The notes beneath the pieces are model-generated. The model did no database searches and was not told the DNA's origin. It saw nothing but the letters and a program-made list of their open reading frames with translations. 64,000 nt of DNA from Mobula hypostoma (Eukaryota). Position 1 is the first letter of the stretch. Each line of letters starts with the position of its first letter. The position numbers and the translations under genes are program-made. The DNA lies in assembly GCF_963921235.1 (NCBI RefSeq), contig NC_086097.1, positions 11,532,001 through 11,596,000 of the forward strand, written 5' to 3'. Of this stretch, positions 12,846-25,391 are shown in pieces.

Positions 12846-13535
12846 ACATGTAACATAAAAAGAAACGGTCCTAACGCAGACCCCAGTGGAACACCAGTAG
12901 TCACTGGCAGCCAACCAGAAAATGTTCCCTTTATTCCCACTTTTTGCCTCCTACCACTGTTAGTAGTATCTTTCCTGTAATACCATGAGCTCTTAACCTG
13001 TTAAGCAGCTTCAAGAGTGGCTCCTTGTCAAAGGCCTTCTGAAAATCCAAGTACACAACATCAGTTGATTCTCCTTTCTCTACCCTGCTTGTTATTTCTT
13101 CAAAGAATACTAGCAGATTTGTCAGGCAAGATTTTCCCTTGAGGAAACTATACTGACTACAGCCTATTTTATCATGTGCCTCCACACACTTCTGCTCCCA
13201 GACACTCTCAAATTTCTGGCATAATGCTAGTGTCCTCCACAGTGATGACTGATGTAAAATGCTTAATCAGTTCATCCACCATTTCCTTATCCCCCATTAT
13301 TACTTCTCCAGCGTTATTTTCAAGCAATCCGATATCCACTCTTGCCTCCCTTTTACACTTTATGTATCTGAAGAACTTTTGGTATCCTATTTAATACTGG
13401 CTAGCTCACCTCTCTAAACAATTCTGGTTCACTACACAACACCCAATCCCCCAAGTGGGCTCAACCACGAGCTGCTCCAAGAAGCCATTTGGAAGCATTC
13501 TAGACAGTCCGCCATTTGGGATCCAGCACTTACCT
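12846..13535 (-). mobile_element. CR1 RT fragments
   Basis: KSCLTNLLVFFEE and DVVYLDFQKAFDK. Confidence 0.8.
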
Positions 13536-13744
13536 GGAAAAGAAGGAAAATAATCATGTACAGTCAGAATATATTTAGTTTATAACTGGGCAGACATCAT
13601 TGGCCCTGGCCTGGTCCTTTGCTGTACTGTTTTATATTGCATTTGAAGTCCAAAATTTAGTTAGATAGTCTTGTAGTTGGCCTTTGTTTGTTCTTATGGG
13701 TAATACCTTTTATCTAAAACTTTGGCAATCTTCTATACAGTAGA

Positions 13745-14262
13745 TGTGTAGTGGAGAGTCTAGTGACTGATTACAAATCAGCCTGGTATGGAAACACCAA
13801 TGCCCGTGAACAGACGTCAGGGATCGCTAGCACCCAGACGATGCTCTCTTCTCACTGCTGCCATCAGGTAGAAGGTACAAGAGCCTCAAGACTCAGACCA
13901 CCAGGTTCAAGCACAGTTACTAACTCTCAATGATCAGGATCCGGAACAAAAGTTGGTAACTTCACTTGCCCCATCATTGAAATGTTCCCTTAACCAATGG
14001 ACTTTCTTTTAAGGACTCTTTGTCTCTTGTTCTTGGTATTTATTGCTATTTATTTATTTTTGCATTTAGACAGTTAGTTGTCTTCTGCTCTCTGGTCAAA
14101 CACTTTAGTTAGGTGGTCTTTCATTGATCCTGTCACAGTTAGTGTTCTATAGATTTGTTAAGTAGGCCCATAAGAAAATGAATCTTAGGGATGTAAATGG
14201 TGACATATACTGTATGTACAATGATAATAAAATTTACTTAGAATGTCAAACTTTTGACTTTG
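13745..14262 (+). mobile_element. Rex1/Babar-derived internally deleted copy
   Basis: AWYGNTNA motif and the family 3' tail gataataaaatttactt. Confidence 0.7.
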
Positions 14263-14456
14263 AAAGCAAACATCAGGATGAACTACACCAAACTCCTTGT
14301 GTAAGTACAAAGAATGAATAGTCTACCTCGAGTATTTCAAAAAAAAACTCTTTCTTAATAGATCATTGGACAAATTAAGCACTCTAGTGATTATATCTGA
14401 ATGACAACCCAAATGCCTCAGGGAAATAAAGGTTTCATTAGTGGAATATGAGAGTT

Positions 14457-14676
14457 TGTGGCTACCCACTTTCTACACAAGCAAACCGGCTCACAAGCTA
14501 GCCCGGGCGCGGGGAGAGACTTTTGTAATGCACCTCTGACGTCATTTCCGCCCAGAGAGGGGCTGGAGGGGAACTGCTTAAAAGCCAGTGCCGCGAAGTT
14601 TGAATAAACGAGTCTCGAGTGCAACTTACAGACTGCGTGTCGTTATTTCTAGCTCTGTGTGTAGCACATCGCTACA
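14457..14676 (+). mobile_element. Solo LTR, 220 bp (Gypsy-like)
   Basis: TGTGGCTA...TCGCTACA imperfect terminal inverted repeats; flanks AGTT/AGAT (4-bp TSD with one mismatch). CRE at 14537-14544, TATA-like cttaaaa at ~14577, AATAAA at 14603-14608; CpG-rich. Confidence 0.75.
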
Positions 14677-15091
14677 AGATCTTTTTAAATCTTTCGATTT
14701 TTGCTTCCTTCTAAGGGCCCTGTTGTCATATTTACTAATCTAGAACCCACATGATTTCCTCTTCTATTACCAACAAATAGCTGAGAGCATTGGATATCAC
14801 AAAAAGCTTTAGGATCAAAGATCTGCACAGCTGTGATGCATCTCCAACCAAGTCATTCCACTGCAGTTACAACAATGACACAAATCTGACAATGGATAAT
14901 TGTCCACGTATGTTCACAAACAGAAGGACAAATCCCTTCTGGTTAATTAACTTCACTTCAGTCTGCTTTCAATCGTCAGTAAAACAGTGTTGTCAACAGT
15001 GCTATCAAGTGGCAATTGCACATCCACAGCTTGCTCAGTGAAGTTTAGTTTGGATTTCATCAGAACTACAATGCTGTATTTGACAATGGTG

Positions 15092-15232
15092 TCAGGGAGC
15101 CCTGGAAATAGAGTTGGAAATCCCTCTTGTGACTGGAGTCATGCCTCCTGTGAAGAATTTTGGCTGAGAATTTTGTTCATCATTCCAGCCATTGATATCA
15201 CAGCTGGAATTCATCGGGGCAGTGCCGTAGAG
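15092..15232 (-). other. Candidate terminal exon of a minus-strand spliced transcript
   Basis: Minus-strand acceptor ttctcctgtgttgcacAG. Two frames are open: (A)LRHCPDEFQL* (stop ends 15198) or LYGTAPMNSS...SRAP* (stop ends 15092). Confidence 0.3.
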
Positions 15233-15434
15233 CTGTGCAACACAGGAGAATGCCTTTCGACCCAGACAGTCCACGAGATGAATCAGACTCTCATTTACAG
15301 TACTCTTACACTAACCACGTTTCATTCTCCCCACATTTTCATCAACTCCCCAGTTTGTACCACTCACCTACATGGGCAATTTACAGTGCCTGACTAGCAT
15401 AATGGCCTGCACATTTCTGGGATGTGGGAGGGTT

Positions 15435-15830
15435 AAGAGGCACAAACAGAAAATGCTGGAGGAACTCTGCAGGTCCGGCAGAACCCAAATGAATAAGCGG
15501 TCAACAATTTGGGCCAAGACCTTTCAATAGGACTGGAAAGGAAAGGAGGATGAATCTAGAATAAGAAGTTCTGGGAGGGAGGGGGAATGAAGTAAGAAGT
15601 TGGGGGGTGAGAGGTGAAAACGGTAGAGGGCTGGAGAAGAAAGAATCTGATAGAAGAGGAGAGTGGACCATGAGAGAAAGGGAAGGAGGGAAAGGCACCA
15701 GAGGGAGCTGGTAGGCAGGTGAGGAGTGCAGAAGAGGGAAGAGCAGGACCAGAGTGGGGAATTGAAGAAAAGGGAAGGAGGAGGAGGAAAAATTACCAGA
15801 ACTGGGAGATATTGATGTCTTCTCGCATGG
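15435..15830 (-). mobile_element. Penelope-associated terminal repeat with degenerate hammerhead
   Basis: Reverse complement reads cagtcctattgaaaggtcttggcccaaattgttgaccg; purine-rich tract as at 40-358. Confidence 0.6.
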
Positions 15831-16769
15831 TGACAAGAAGTTTGCAAGTAAATTGCCAAGAACGATTCAATTCAATCATCAACCACCAGAGCTACATATC
15901 TTCTGAATTATTTCCACCTAGACAAGTATTTTAATGCTTGCTCTATTCTGTTCCAGTAAATGTAATTTTAAGTAGATAATTGGTGCTTATGTCTTTCTGT
16001 CTATATGGGCCGGATCTGAGAACCTTTTCTTGTAACAAAACAAAGCCAATGCTCATTTGTGTTTGGATTTGTGAAATCAATATGTAATGAGTTATTCCTG
16101 TAAGTATCAAGAACTTGATGACATTATTGGCCACATAAGTGGGGCTGGGGAGAAGTAGATACGGGTGAGGTAGGGGAATGGAGAGGAGAAAATTGATGGG
16201 GGAATCAAGGGGATTCACTAGAGTTCTGGAGGTGGAGGTAGGTTTGGGGGAATTGTGCAGCGAAATGAGGCAGAGAGTATAGAGAGAGAAGAAGAGAGGA
16301 GGATGGAATGTGGGAGGAGAAAAAAGTAAAAGGGAAAGCTGGGAGGGAGTACAGGAGTGAGATATTGAGGGAAGGAGGTGGGATTATGAGAGTGGAGGAA
16401 ATGGTGTTCACAGTGCCAGAAATTAAACTCTTACTTCCTGAGTTGGTAATAAGATAGAAAACTTTCCAGTCAATACATACAACCTAGAATAATACAACAC
16501 AATCCATGATGATGTGTTGACCTACATAACCCTATTTCACAATCAATCTAACTCTTCTCTCCTACATGACCCATAAGCCTCCATTTTTTGACATCCATGT
16601 ACTAATCTAAGAGTCTCTTATACAGTATGTCCCTAATGTATATCGTGTCCACGGATGCTGCCCGACCTGCTGAGTTCCTCCAGCGTGTTGTGAGTGTTGC
16701 TTTGACCCCAGCACCTGCAGAGTATTTTGTGTCCCTAATGTATATGCCTCACCACCAACAACTACTACC

Positions 16770-17052
16770 CTTCAACCTTCACTCACCTCAACCCTGAACT
16801 GATTCCACAGCCTATGGACTCAAGGTCTCAACAACTCGTGTTCTCAGAATAATGCATTTATTATTATTATTTGTTTTTTTTTGTATTTGCACAGTTTGAC
16901 TTCTTTTGCAGATTGGCTGTCAGTTTTTGCATGTAGTTTTTCATTGATTCTGTTGCATTAATTTGTTCTACTGTGAATACCTGCAAGAAGATGAATCTAA
17001 GAGTAGTATATGATGACATGTATGTACTTCTTTATTAAACTTACTTTGAACT
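16770..17052 (+). mobile_element. Rex1/Babar 3' UTR fragment
   Basis: Same tail as 655-950. Confidence 0.6.
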
Positions 17053-17349
17053 TGTGAAATTACGATGAGGGATAAGGTCAGCTTTTCCAGAGATGCTCAT
17101 GTTCTGTAAATTATTGCTTTAAATATTTAGAAGGGCTTGATGTTTAAATGACTTACTTACGTTTGTAAAGTATCTGATATTGTTTAAGTATCCTATTTTC
17201 TTATCTTACATCAACAGAAATGTGGTGTGACACCAATTGTAAATTTTTTTGCTACTTTCTTCCTCTTTATGCTAGATCTTCCATCATTACTAAGGGCATA
17301 TTCTCTGTCCTTTTAGGTGATTGTTTTATTACTTTTTTATTCATTCATC

Positions 17350-18067
17350 AGAACATAGAATATAGAAATCTACAGCACATTACAGGCCCTTCAGCCCACA
17401 ATGTTGTGCTGACCATGTAACCTACTCTAGAAGCTGCCTAGAATTTCCCAACTGCAGAGCCCTCTATTTTTCTATTATCCATGTTCTTATCTAAGAGTCT
17501 CTTAAAAGACCCTATTGTATCCGCCTCTACCACTGGTGCAGGCAGTGCACTCCATGCACCCAGTAGTCTCTGTGAGAAAAACTTACTTCTGACATCCCCC
17601 TTGTACCTACTTCCAAGCACCTGAAAACTATTCAACTCATGTTAGCCATTTCAGCCCTGCGAAAAAGCCTCTGACTATCCACACGATCAATGCCTCTCAT
17701 CATCTTATACACCTCTGTCAGGTCCCCTCTCATCCTCTGTAGCTAGATGGAGAAAAAGCCAAATTCCCTCAACCTATTCTCATAAGGCATGCTCCCCAAT
17801 CCAGGCAACATCCTTGTAAATCTCCTCTGCCCTCTCTCTATAGTATCCACACCCTTCCTGTACTGAGGTGACCAGAAACAAACACAGTACTCCAAGTGGA
17901 GTTTGTCCAGGTTTCGATATAGCTGTCACATTACCTCTCGGCTCTTGAACTCAGTCCCACGGTTGATGAATGCCAACACACCATACGCCTTCTTAACCAC
18001 ACTATCAACCTGCAGAGCAGCTTTGAGCATCCTGTGGACATGGACCCCAAGATCTCGCTGATCCTGG
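17350..18067 (-). mobile_element. CR1 3' fragment
   Basis: DQRDLGVHVHR...KKAYGVLAFINRG; tail agaacatagaatatagaaa. Confidence 0.9.
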
Positions 18068-18295
18068 AATGATGGGAGGGGTATGGATAGGTAAATGATG
18101 GGAGGGGTATGGATAGGTAAATGATGGGAGGGATATGGATAGGTAAATGATGGGAGGGATATGGATAGGTAAATGGTGGGAGGGGTATGGATAGGTAAAT
18201 GATGGGAGGGGTATGGATAGGTAAATGATGGGAGGGGTATGGATTGGTAAATGATGGGAGAGATATAGATAGGTAAATGGAAGGGATATGGATAG
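18068..18295. repeat. 26-bp minisatellite, ~8.8 copies (aatgatgggaggggtatggataggta)
   Basis: Direct tandem units visible in the sequence; explains the repetitive ORFs at 17926-18363. Confidence 0.95.
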
Positions 18296-19680
18296 AAACA
18301 TAGAAACATAGAAAAGCTACAGCACAATACAGGCCATTCGGACCATAAAGTTGTGCCACACATGTCTCTACTTTAGAAATTACTAGGCCTAACTAAAGCC
18401 CTCTATTTTTCTAAGCTCCATGTACCTATCCAAAAGCCTCTTAAAAGACCCTATCGTATCCACCTCTACCACCGTTGCCGGCAGCCCATTCCATGCACTC
18501 ACCACACTCTCAGTAAAAAACTTACCCCTGACATCCCCTCTGTACCTACTCCCCAGCACCCTAAACCTGTGTCCTCTTGTGGCAACCATTTCAGCCCTGG
18601 GAAAAAGCCTCTGACTATCCACACAATCAATGCCTCTCATCATCTTATACACCTCTATCAGGTCATCTCTCATCCTCCATCACTCCAAGGAGAAAAGTAT
18701 GAGTTCACTCAGCCTATTCTCATAAGACATGCTCCCCAATCCAGGCAACATCCTTGTAAGTCTCCTCTGCACCCTTTCTATGGCTTCCACATCCTTCCTG
18801 TTGTGAGACGACCAGAACTGAGCACAGTACTCCAAGTGGGGTCTGACCAGGGTCCTATATAGCTGCAACATTACCCCTCGGCTCTTAAATTCAATCCCAT
18901 GGTTAATGAAGGCCAATGCACCGTATGCCTTCTTAACCACAGAGTCAACCTGCAGAGCAGCTTTGAATGTCCTATGGACTCGGACCCCAAGATCCCTCTG
19001 ATCGTCCACACTGCCAGGAGTCTTACCATTAATACTATATTCTGCCATCATATTTGACCCACCAAAATGAACCACTTCACACTTATCTGGGTTGAACTCC
19101 ATCTGCCACTTCTCAGCCCAGTTTTGCATCCTATCAATGTCCCGCTGTAAACTTTGACAGCCCTCCACTCTATTCGCAACACCTCCAACCTTTGTGTCAT
19201 CAGTAAATTTACTAACCCATCCCTGCACTTCCTCATCCAGGTCATTTATAAAAATCACGAAGAGTAAGGGTTCCAGAACAGATCCCTGAGACATTCCACT
19301 GGTGACCAGCCACCATGCAGAATATGACCCGTCTACAACCACTCTTTGCCTTCTGTGGGCAAGCCAGTTCTGGATCCCCTTGGATCTTACTTTCTCCATA
19401 AGCTTTGCATGGGGTACCTTATCAAATGCCTTGCTGAAATCCATATACACATATCTACTGCTCTTCCTTCATCAATGTGTTTAGCCACATCCTCAAAAAA
19501 TTCAATCAGGCTCGTAAGGCACAACCTGCCCTTGGAAAAGCCATGCTGACTATTCCTAATCATATTATACCTCTCCATATGTTCATAAGTCCTGCCCCTC
19601 AGGATCTTCTCCATCAACTTATCAACCACTGAGGTAAGACTCACTACTCCATAATTTCCTAGACTGTCTCTACTCCCTAT
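18292..19680 (-). mobile_element. CR1 RT plus 3' end
   Basis: YMDFSKAFDKVPH, QGSVLEPLLFVIFINDLD, KFTDD; (AGAAACAT)n tail. Confidence 0.92.
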
Positions 19681-19684
19681 CTCT

Positions 19685-20845
19685 ACTTCTGTGGGCAAGC
19701 CAATTCTGGATTGACAAAGCAAGATGTCCTCCTTACATTCTGAATGAGCCTTGAATAGGGAACCTTATCAAATCCTTACTGATATCTATATACACTACAC
19801 CCACTGCTCTACCTTCATCAATGTGTATTGTTACATCCTCAAAGAATTCATTCGGGCTCATAAGGCACGACCTGCCCTTGACAAAGTCATGCTGACTATC
19901 CCTCATCAGATTATGTCTCTCCAAATGCTCATAAATCCTGTTTCTCAGGATCTCCTTCAACAACTTGCCCACCACTGAAGTAAGACTCACTGGTCTATAA
20001 TTTCCTGAGTTATCGCTACTCTCTTTCTTGAACAAGGGAACAACATTTGCAACCTTCCCATCCTCTGGTACTTCTCCTGTCCCAATTGATGATGCAAAGA
20101 TCATCGCCAGAGGCTCTGCAGTCTCCTCCCTCACTTCCCACAAGTAGCGTGGTGTATATCTCATCCAGTCTCGGCGACTTATCTAACTTAATACCATTCA
20201 AAAGCTCCAGCACGTCCTCTTTCTTAATGTCTATACACTTAAGCATTTCAGTCTGCTGTAAGTCAACCCCACAATTACCAAGGTGCTCTTCACTGGTGAA
20301 TACTGAAAAATTAAGTACCTCCGCTACCTCTTCCGACTCCATGCACATGCTTCCACTGTTGGACCTGATCGGTCCTATTCTCACACAGCTCATCCTCTTG
20401 CTCTTCCCATGCTTGTAGAACGCCTTGGGCCTTTCCTTAATCCTGCTCACCGAGACCTTCTCATGGCCCCTTCTAACTCTCCTAATTTCATTCTTAAGCT
20501 ACTTCCTGGAAACCCTATAATTTTCTAGAGCTGTAATAGTACCTTTTGAACCTTTTGTAAGCTTTTCTATTCTTCTTAACTAGATTTTCTACATCCTTTG
20601 CACACTATGGTTCTTTTACCCTACCATCCTTTCCCTGCCTCAATGGAACGTATCTATGCAGAACGCCATGCAAATGTTCCCTGAACATTTGCCACATCTC
20701 TGCCATGCATTTCCCTGGGACCATCTGCTTCCAATTTATGCTCCCAAGTTTCTGCCTGATAGTATCGTATTTCCCCTTACCCCAATTAAACGTTTTCCTA
20801 AATTGCTTGCACCTGTCCTCTCCAGCGCTATTGGAAAGGATTGAT
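19685..20845 (-). mobile_element. CR1 ORF2 internal fragment
   Basis: KSPRLDEIY, VANVVPLFKK, NYRPVSLTSVVGK. Confidence 0.88.
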
Positions 20846-20868
20846 AAAGCGCTATGATAAATTCCTTC

Positions 20869-21183
20869 ATCTACCTATCTATCGATCTATCCATCTATTT
20901 GGAGGTCAGGGCAGAACAGGCCTTTCCGGCCAAATGAGCCACACAGCCCAGCGACCCACCTATTTAACCTTAGCCTAATCACAGGACAATTTACAACGAG
21001 CAGCCTACTAACTAGTATATCTTCGGTCTGTGGGAGGAAACCGGAGCACCCGGAAGAAACCCATGTGGTCACGGGGATAACATACAAATTCCTTACAGAC
21101 GGCACCGGAATTTGAACTCCCGTCTCCGGAACGCCCCGAGCTGTTAATAACATCACACTAACCGCTACGCTGCCATGGTGCCC
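20869..21183 (-). mobile_element. tRNA-derived SINE, fairly complete
   Basis: Minus-strand head ggcaccatggcagcgtagcggttag (A-box-like) and gagttcaaattcc (B-box, ~21107-21119); LINE-like 3' part and (AGAT)n tail. Confidence 0.8.
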
Positions 21184-21357
21184 AAGTTCTTTGACTTTGA
21201 TACTGAACCTGCCAAATAAAGTTACTTAACTTTTCAAATTAGCTTGTTAAGCAACATTTGTTTCAATTCAGGATCCATCCACTTTGTCGCAACAAGTTAC
21301 TACATCACAATTTACTTCCAAACAAGCTGCTGAGTGCAGTTTCTCTTAGGAACTGAC

Positions 21358-21442
21358 CTTGCGTGATTTTGAGAAATTGCAGCTTTTGACTATGTGGGAA
21401 ATGACACCAGACCAATGTTTTAGGGGCAGCAAGGATAGAATG
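21358..21442 (-). other. Candidate internal exon (85 nt) of a minus-strand transcript
   Basis: Acceptor ttttttcctcttgtattttcattaaaccAG and donor AAG|GTCAGT; two open frames. Confidence 0.35.
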
Positions 21443-22399
21443 CTGGTTTAATGAAAATACAAGAGGAAAAAATCTCATAATGTTCCATTGAGAGCAGTTA
21501 CCTGAAGTTACTTGGGTTGCCAATGTAATTGCATGGCTCAACAGATGCAAGGTGAAGTAGTTCTATTGCACAATAGTGTCGACCCTCAGCCTAATGAACA
21601 CCAGAAATGCAAGCCATTTGGCCTGAGTTAAAGGTGGTGTGATGAGCATCCCATTTTCCATCTTGACTGACCAGATTGTGCTGAGAGAGGGGAATGGAAT
21701 AGCAGCCTGCCATCTGCTAGATTGGGATCAAATAATAGGTTTCTAAGTCCCTAATTAAACAAAATTGCTGTCTCTCTGCCAACTCTGACCACACAGTATT
21801 AAATTTGGCCTGAGAGAACTTCCAGTGGAGCAGCCAATGACAGATGGCAGGTTGTTATACCTTGGGAGAAAGTCAAGTAAAAAGTCCAATGTCAGGTATC
21901 AAAAGTCAAATGTAATGGCTGATGAAAACAGCACATCCCCAAGAGAGCATCAAAACGTTAAACACCTTCAGCTCAGTGATATGTATCTTTTGTATTTTAA
22001 TTTAATGTGGTTAAAAGCAATGTGAGGTGAGATTCACCTTGGGCGCAGCATAAAAATGAGCAACAGAGTGAATGAACAGCCATTCTGGGGTTTGAAACAT
22101 ATAAAACAGAACGCTGAGTAGCTGCTCTCATTTTGCATTTAAAATTACATTTTACATTTTACCAAAGAAAAATTCGCTCCAAGTTTTAAAAGTAATTGAG
22201 TGCATAACATCAGCTATCTTTTTTGCAAAAGCTTTATACCAAAGTGTATGCCAATGGAATTTTGTTCTCTCAGTACCAAGAAAGCGCAGCAGTTAGCATG
22301 AAGTTATTATCGATGGGGACGTCAGAGTTTACAGTTCAACTCTGACAACATCCATCTCTGAGCTGGACAATCCACACCAGGGGTGCATGAATAGAGCTA

Positions 22400-25280
22400 A
22401 TTTTTAATCAGGGTGGCGATCGAGATTTCAAAAGCAGATTTTTGCAGCAGATTTTCTGATTTGAGGAGCGACCAACCAGCAAGAGGGATTCATTGGAAAG
22501 GACCAGCAAAAATAATTCAAGGTCAACCAGAGCAGGCATTCGTTTGGAGTGTACCAGTCTTTAGAGTGGCTTTGGCTCATCAGACTTAGGCAAGATCAGG
22601 CTTAGGTGAGGTAGGTTATCTTGTAAGTTACTCTCTTTGTGTTCTTACGTGTTTGTTCCTCATCTATTAGCGGAGAGTAGATCAGTGAGAATGGCTCCAG
22701 AGGCAGTATTTTGTACTGTGTGTGGGACCTTCAGTCTCTCAGATAAACACATCTACATCAGGTGCACCAGGCTCTGAGAGAACGTATTAAGGAAATGGAG
22801 CTGCAGCTTGATGACCTTCAACTGATGCAGGAGAATAAGGAGGTGATAGACAGGAGCTATAGGGAGATAGCCACCCCTAGGTTGCAGGAGACAGGTAACT
22901 GGGTGACTGTCAGGAGAATGAGGTGAAATACACAGCCAGTGCAGAGTACACCTGCGGCAGTTCCACTCAATAATAAGTATATAACTTTAGTTACTATTAA
23001 AGGGTACGACCTACCCAAGGGCAAAGCTCGGAGTCTGGGTCTCTGGCACTCAGTCTGGTGATGTGGGTCATAAGAGCAGAGAGGTGAAGAGGACTGCAGT
23101 GTTGATAGGAGGTTCTTTAGCTCTGTGGGCACGATAGAGACACCCAGATGGTATGTTGCCTCCCTGGTGCCAGGATTAGGGATGCTTTGAATTGTGTCCA
23201 TGGCATTCTCAAGGGTGAGGGTGAGCAGCCAGAAGTGTTGGTACATATTGGCACTAATGACATAGGTAGACAAGATAAGGATGTCCTGAAGAGAGATTTT
23301 AGGGAGCTGGGTAGAAAGCAGAGAAACAGGATCTCCAGGGTATTAATCTCTGGATTGCTGCCTGTGCCACGTGCCATTGCGGGTAAGAATAGGATGATCT
23401 GGCAGGTGAATGCATGGCTGAGGAATTGCCACTGGGGCAAGGGTTCAAATTCGTGGATCACTTGAATCTCTTCTGGGGAAGGTATGACCCATACAAAAGG
23501 GATGGGTTACACCTAAACCCAAGGGGTTCTAATATCTTTGCGAGCAGGTTGGCAAGAGTTATTCAGGTGAGTTTAAACTAATTTGGCAGGGAGATGGGAA
23601 CTGGGGTTATGGTGCTGAAGATAAGGAAGTTGGGTTATAAAAAGAGGCAAGGTGCTGTGAGACTCCTCACCAGGAAAGGCTGATGATGAGGCAACGTTAC
23701 AACATTGAAGTTAAACAAAATTGAAAAAGGTGAATGCAGGACTGAAGGTGTTATATTTGAATGCACACAGTATATAGAATAAAGTCAATGAACTTACAAC
23801 ACAGTTATTTATTGGCAAGTATGATGTTGTAGGCATCACCGAATCATGGCTGGAAGAAGATTAGAGCAGGGAGCTTTATGTCCAAATGTACACATTGCAT
23901 TGAAAGGATAGGCAGGAAGGCAGAAGGGTGGCCTGGCTCTGTTGGTGAAACATGAAAATAAATCATTAGAAAGAGGTGAAATAGGGTTGGAAGGTATTGA
24001 ATTGGTCTTGATAGAGCTAAGGACTGCGAAGGTAAAAAATACCCTGATGGTTGTTATATACAGATCCCCAAACAGTACTAAGAATGTAGTCTACAAGTTA
24101 CAATGGGGGATAGAAATGCATGTCAAAAGGGCAATGTTACAATAGTCATGCCAAGTATTACAATAATATTTTAATATGCAGGTAGATTGGGAAAATCTAC
24201 TGGACCTGTACACCCCAGGGTTCTGAAAGAGGAGTCTGATGAAATTATGGAGGCATTAGTAATGATGAGGAATGGGTCCAGGAGAATGGAAAAATGCAAA
24301 TGTCACTCCACTCTTCAAAAAGGGAGAGAGGCAGAACAAAGGAAATTATAGGCCAGTTGGTCTGACCTCAGTGGTTGGGAAGATGTTGGAGTTGATATTT
24401 AAGGATGTGGTTTCGGGGTACTTGACTTAATAAAATAAGCCATAGTCAGCATGGTTTCCTCAAGGAAAAATCTTGCCTGTCAAATCTGTTGTAATTCTTT
24501 GAAGAAATAACAAGCAGAAAAGATAGAGGAGATTTGGTTGATTGGTTGGTTGGATTTTCAGCAGGCCTTTGACAAGGTGCCACACATGAGGCTGCTTACC
24601 ATGCTACGAACCTATGGTATTACAGGAAGGATTCTAGCATGGATAAAGCAGTGGCTGATTGGCAGGAGGCAACAAAATGGAGCCTTTTCTGGTTGGCTGC
24701 TGGTGACTAGTGGTGTACTAGTGGTGTTCCAGTGGGTTCTGTGTTAGGACCGCTTCTTTTCACATCATTCATCAATGATTTAGATGATGGAATTGATAGC
24801 TTTGTTGCAAAGTTTGCAGACGATATGAAGATAGGTGGAGGAGCAAGTAGTTTTGAGGAAATAGAGAGGCTTAGGAAGACTTAGACAGATTAGGAACATG
24901 GACAAACAAGTGGCAGATGGATTATAATGTTGGGAAAGGTATGGTCGTGCATTTTGGTAGAAGAAATGAAAATGTTGACTATTTTCTAAATGGAGAAAAA
25001 ATACAAGAATCTGAGGCACGAAGGGATTTGGGATTTCCTGTGCAGAATACACCAAAGGTAAGTTTGTGGGTTGAGTCTATGTTGAAGAAGGCAAATGAAA
25101 ACAGTTTTTGGCCTCTTATCTTAGAAAGGATGTGCTGAAACAGGAGAGGCTTTGAAGGAAGTTCACAAAAATGATTCCAGGATTGAATGCCCTCGCATAT
25201 GAAGACCATTTGATGGCTCTGGGCCTGTGTTCACTGGAATTCAGAAGAATGAGAGGTATCCTCATTGAAACCTATCGAAT
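22400..25280 (+). mobile_element. Degraded near full-length CR1 with ORF1 (SGNH/GDSL esterase) and internally deleted ORF2
   Basis: ORF1 MAPEAVFCTVC..., CLPGARIRD, VHIGTNDIG, ISGLLPVP, DGLHLN; gtttaaacta junction at ~23570; EN (LYLNAHSI, VIYRSPNS) and RT (LDFQQAFDKVPH, KFADD). Confidence 0.85.
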
Positions 25281-25391
25281 GGAACATCATGGGAGGTTTG
25301 GCAGAGAAAGAGTGCCAGAGGCGGTGCATGTTGTGGGTGCAGACACACACAGTCCTGAGATGCCAGGCAAGGTCATTTGATCTCAAACGAA

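Noticed and set aside
18068..18295. CRISPR-like array
   Set aside because: Units are contiguous with no unique spacers; eukaryotic context; no cas genes.
17926..18363. Repetitive Tyr/Pro/His-rich ORFs
   Set aside because: Translations of the 26-bp minisatellite in several frames.
21090..21183. tRNA gene
   Set aside because: tRNA-like head of a SINE; continues into a repeated body and tail, with no convincing cloverleaf.
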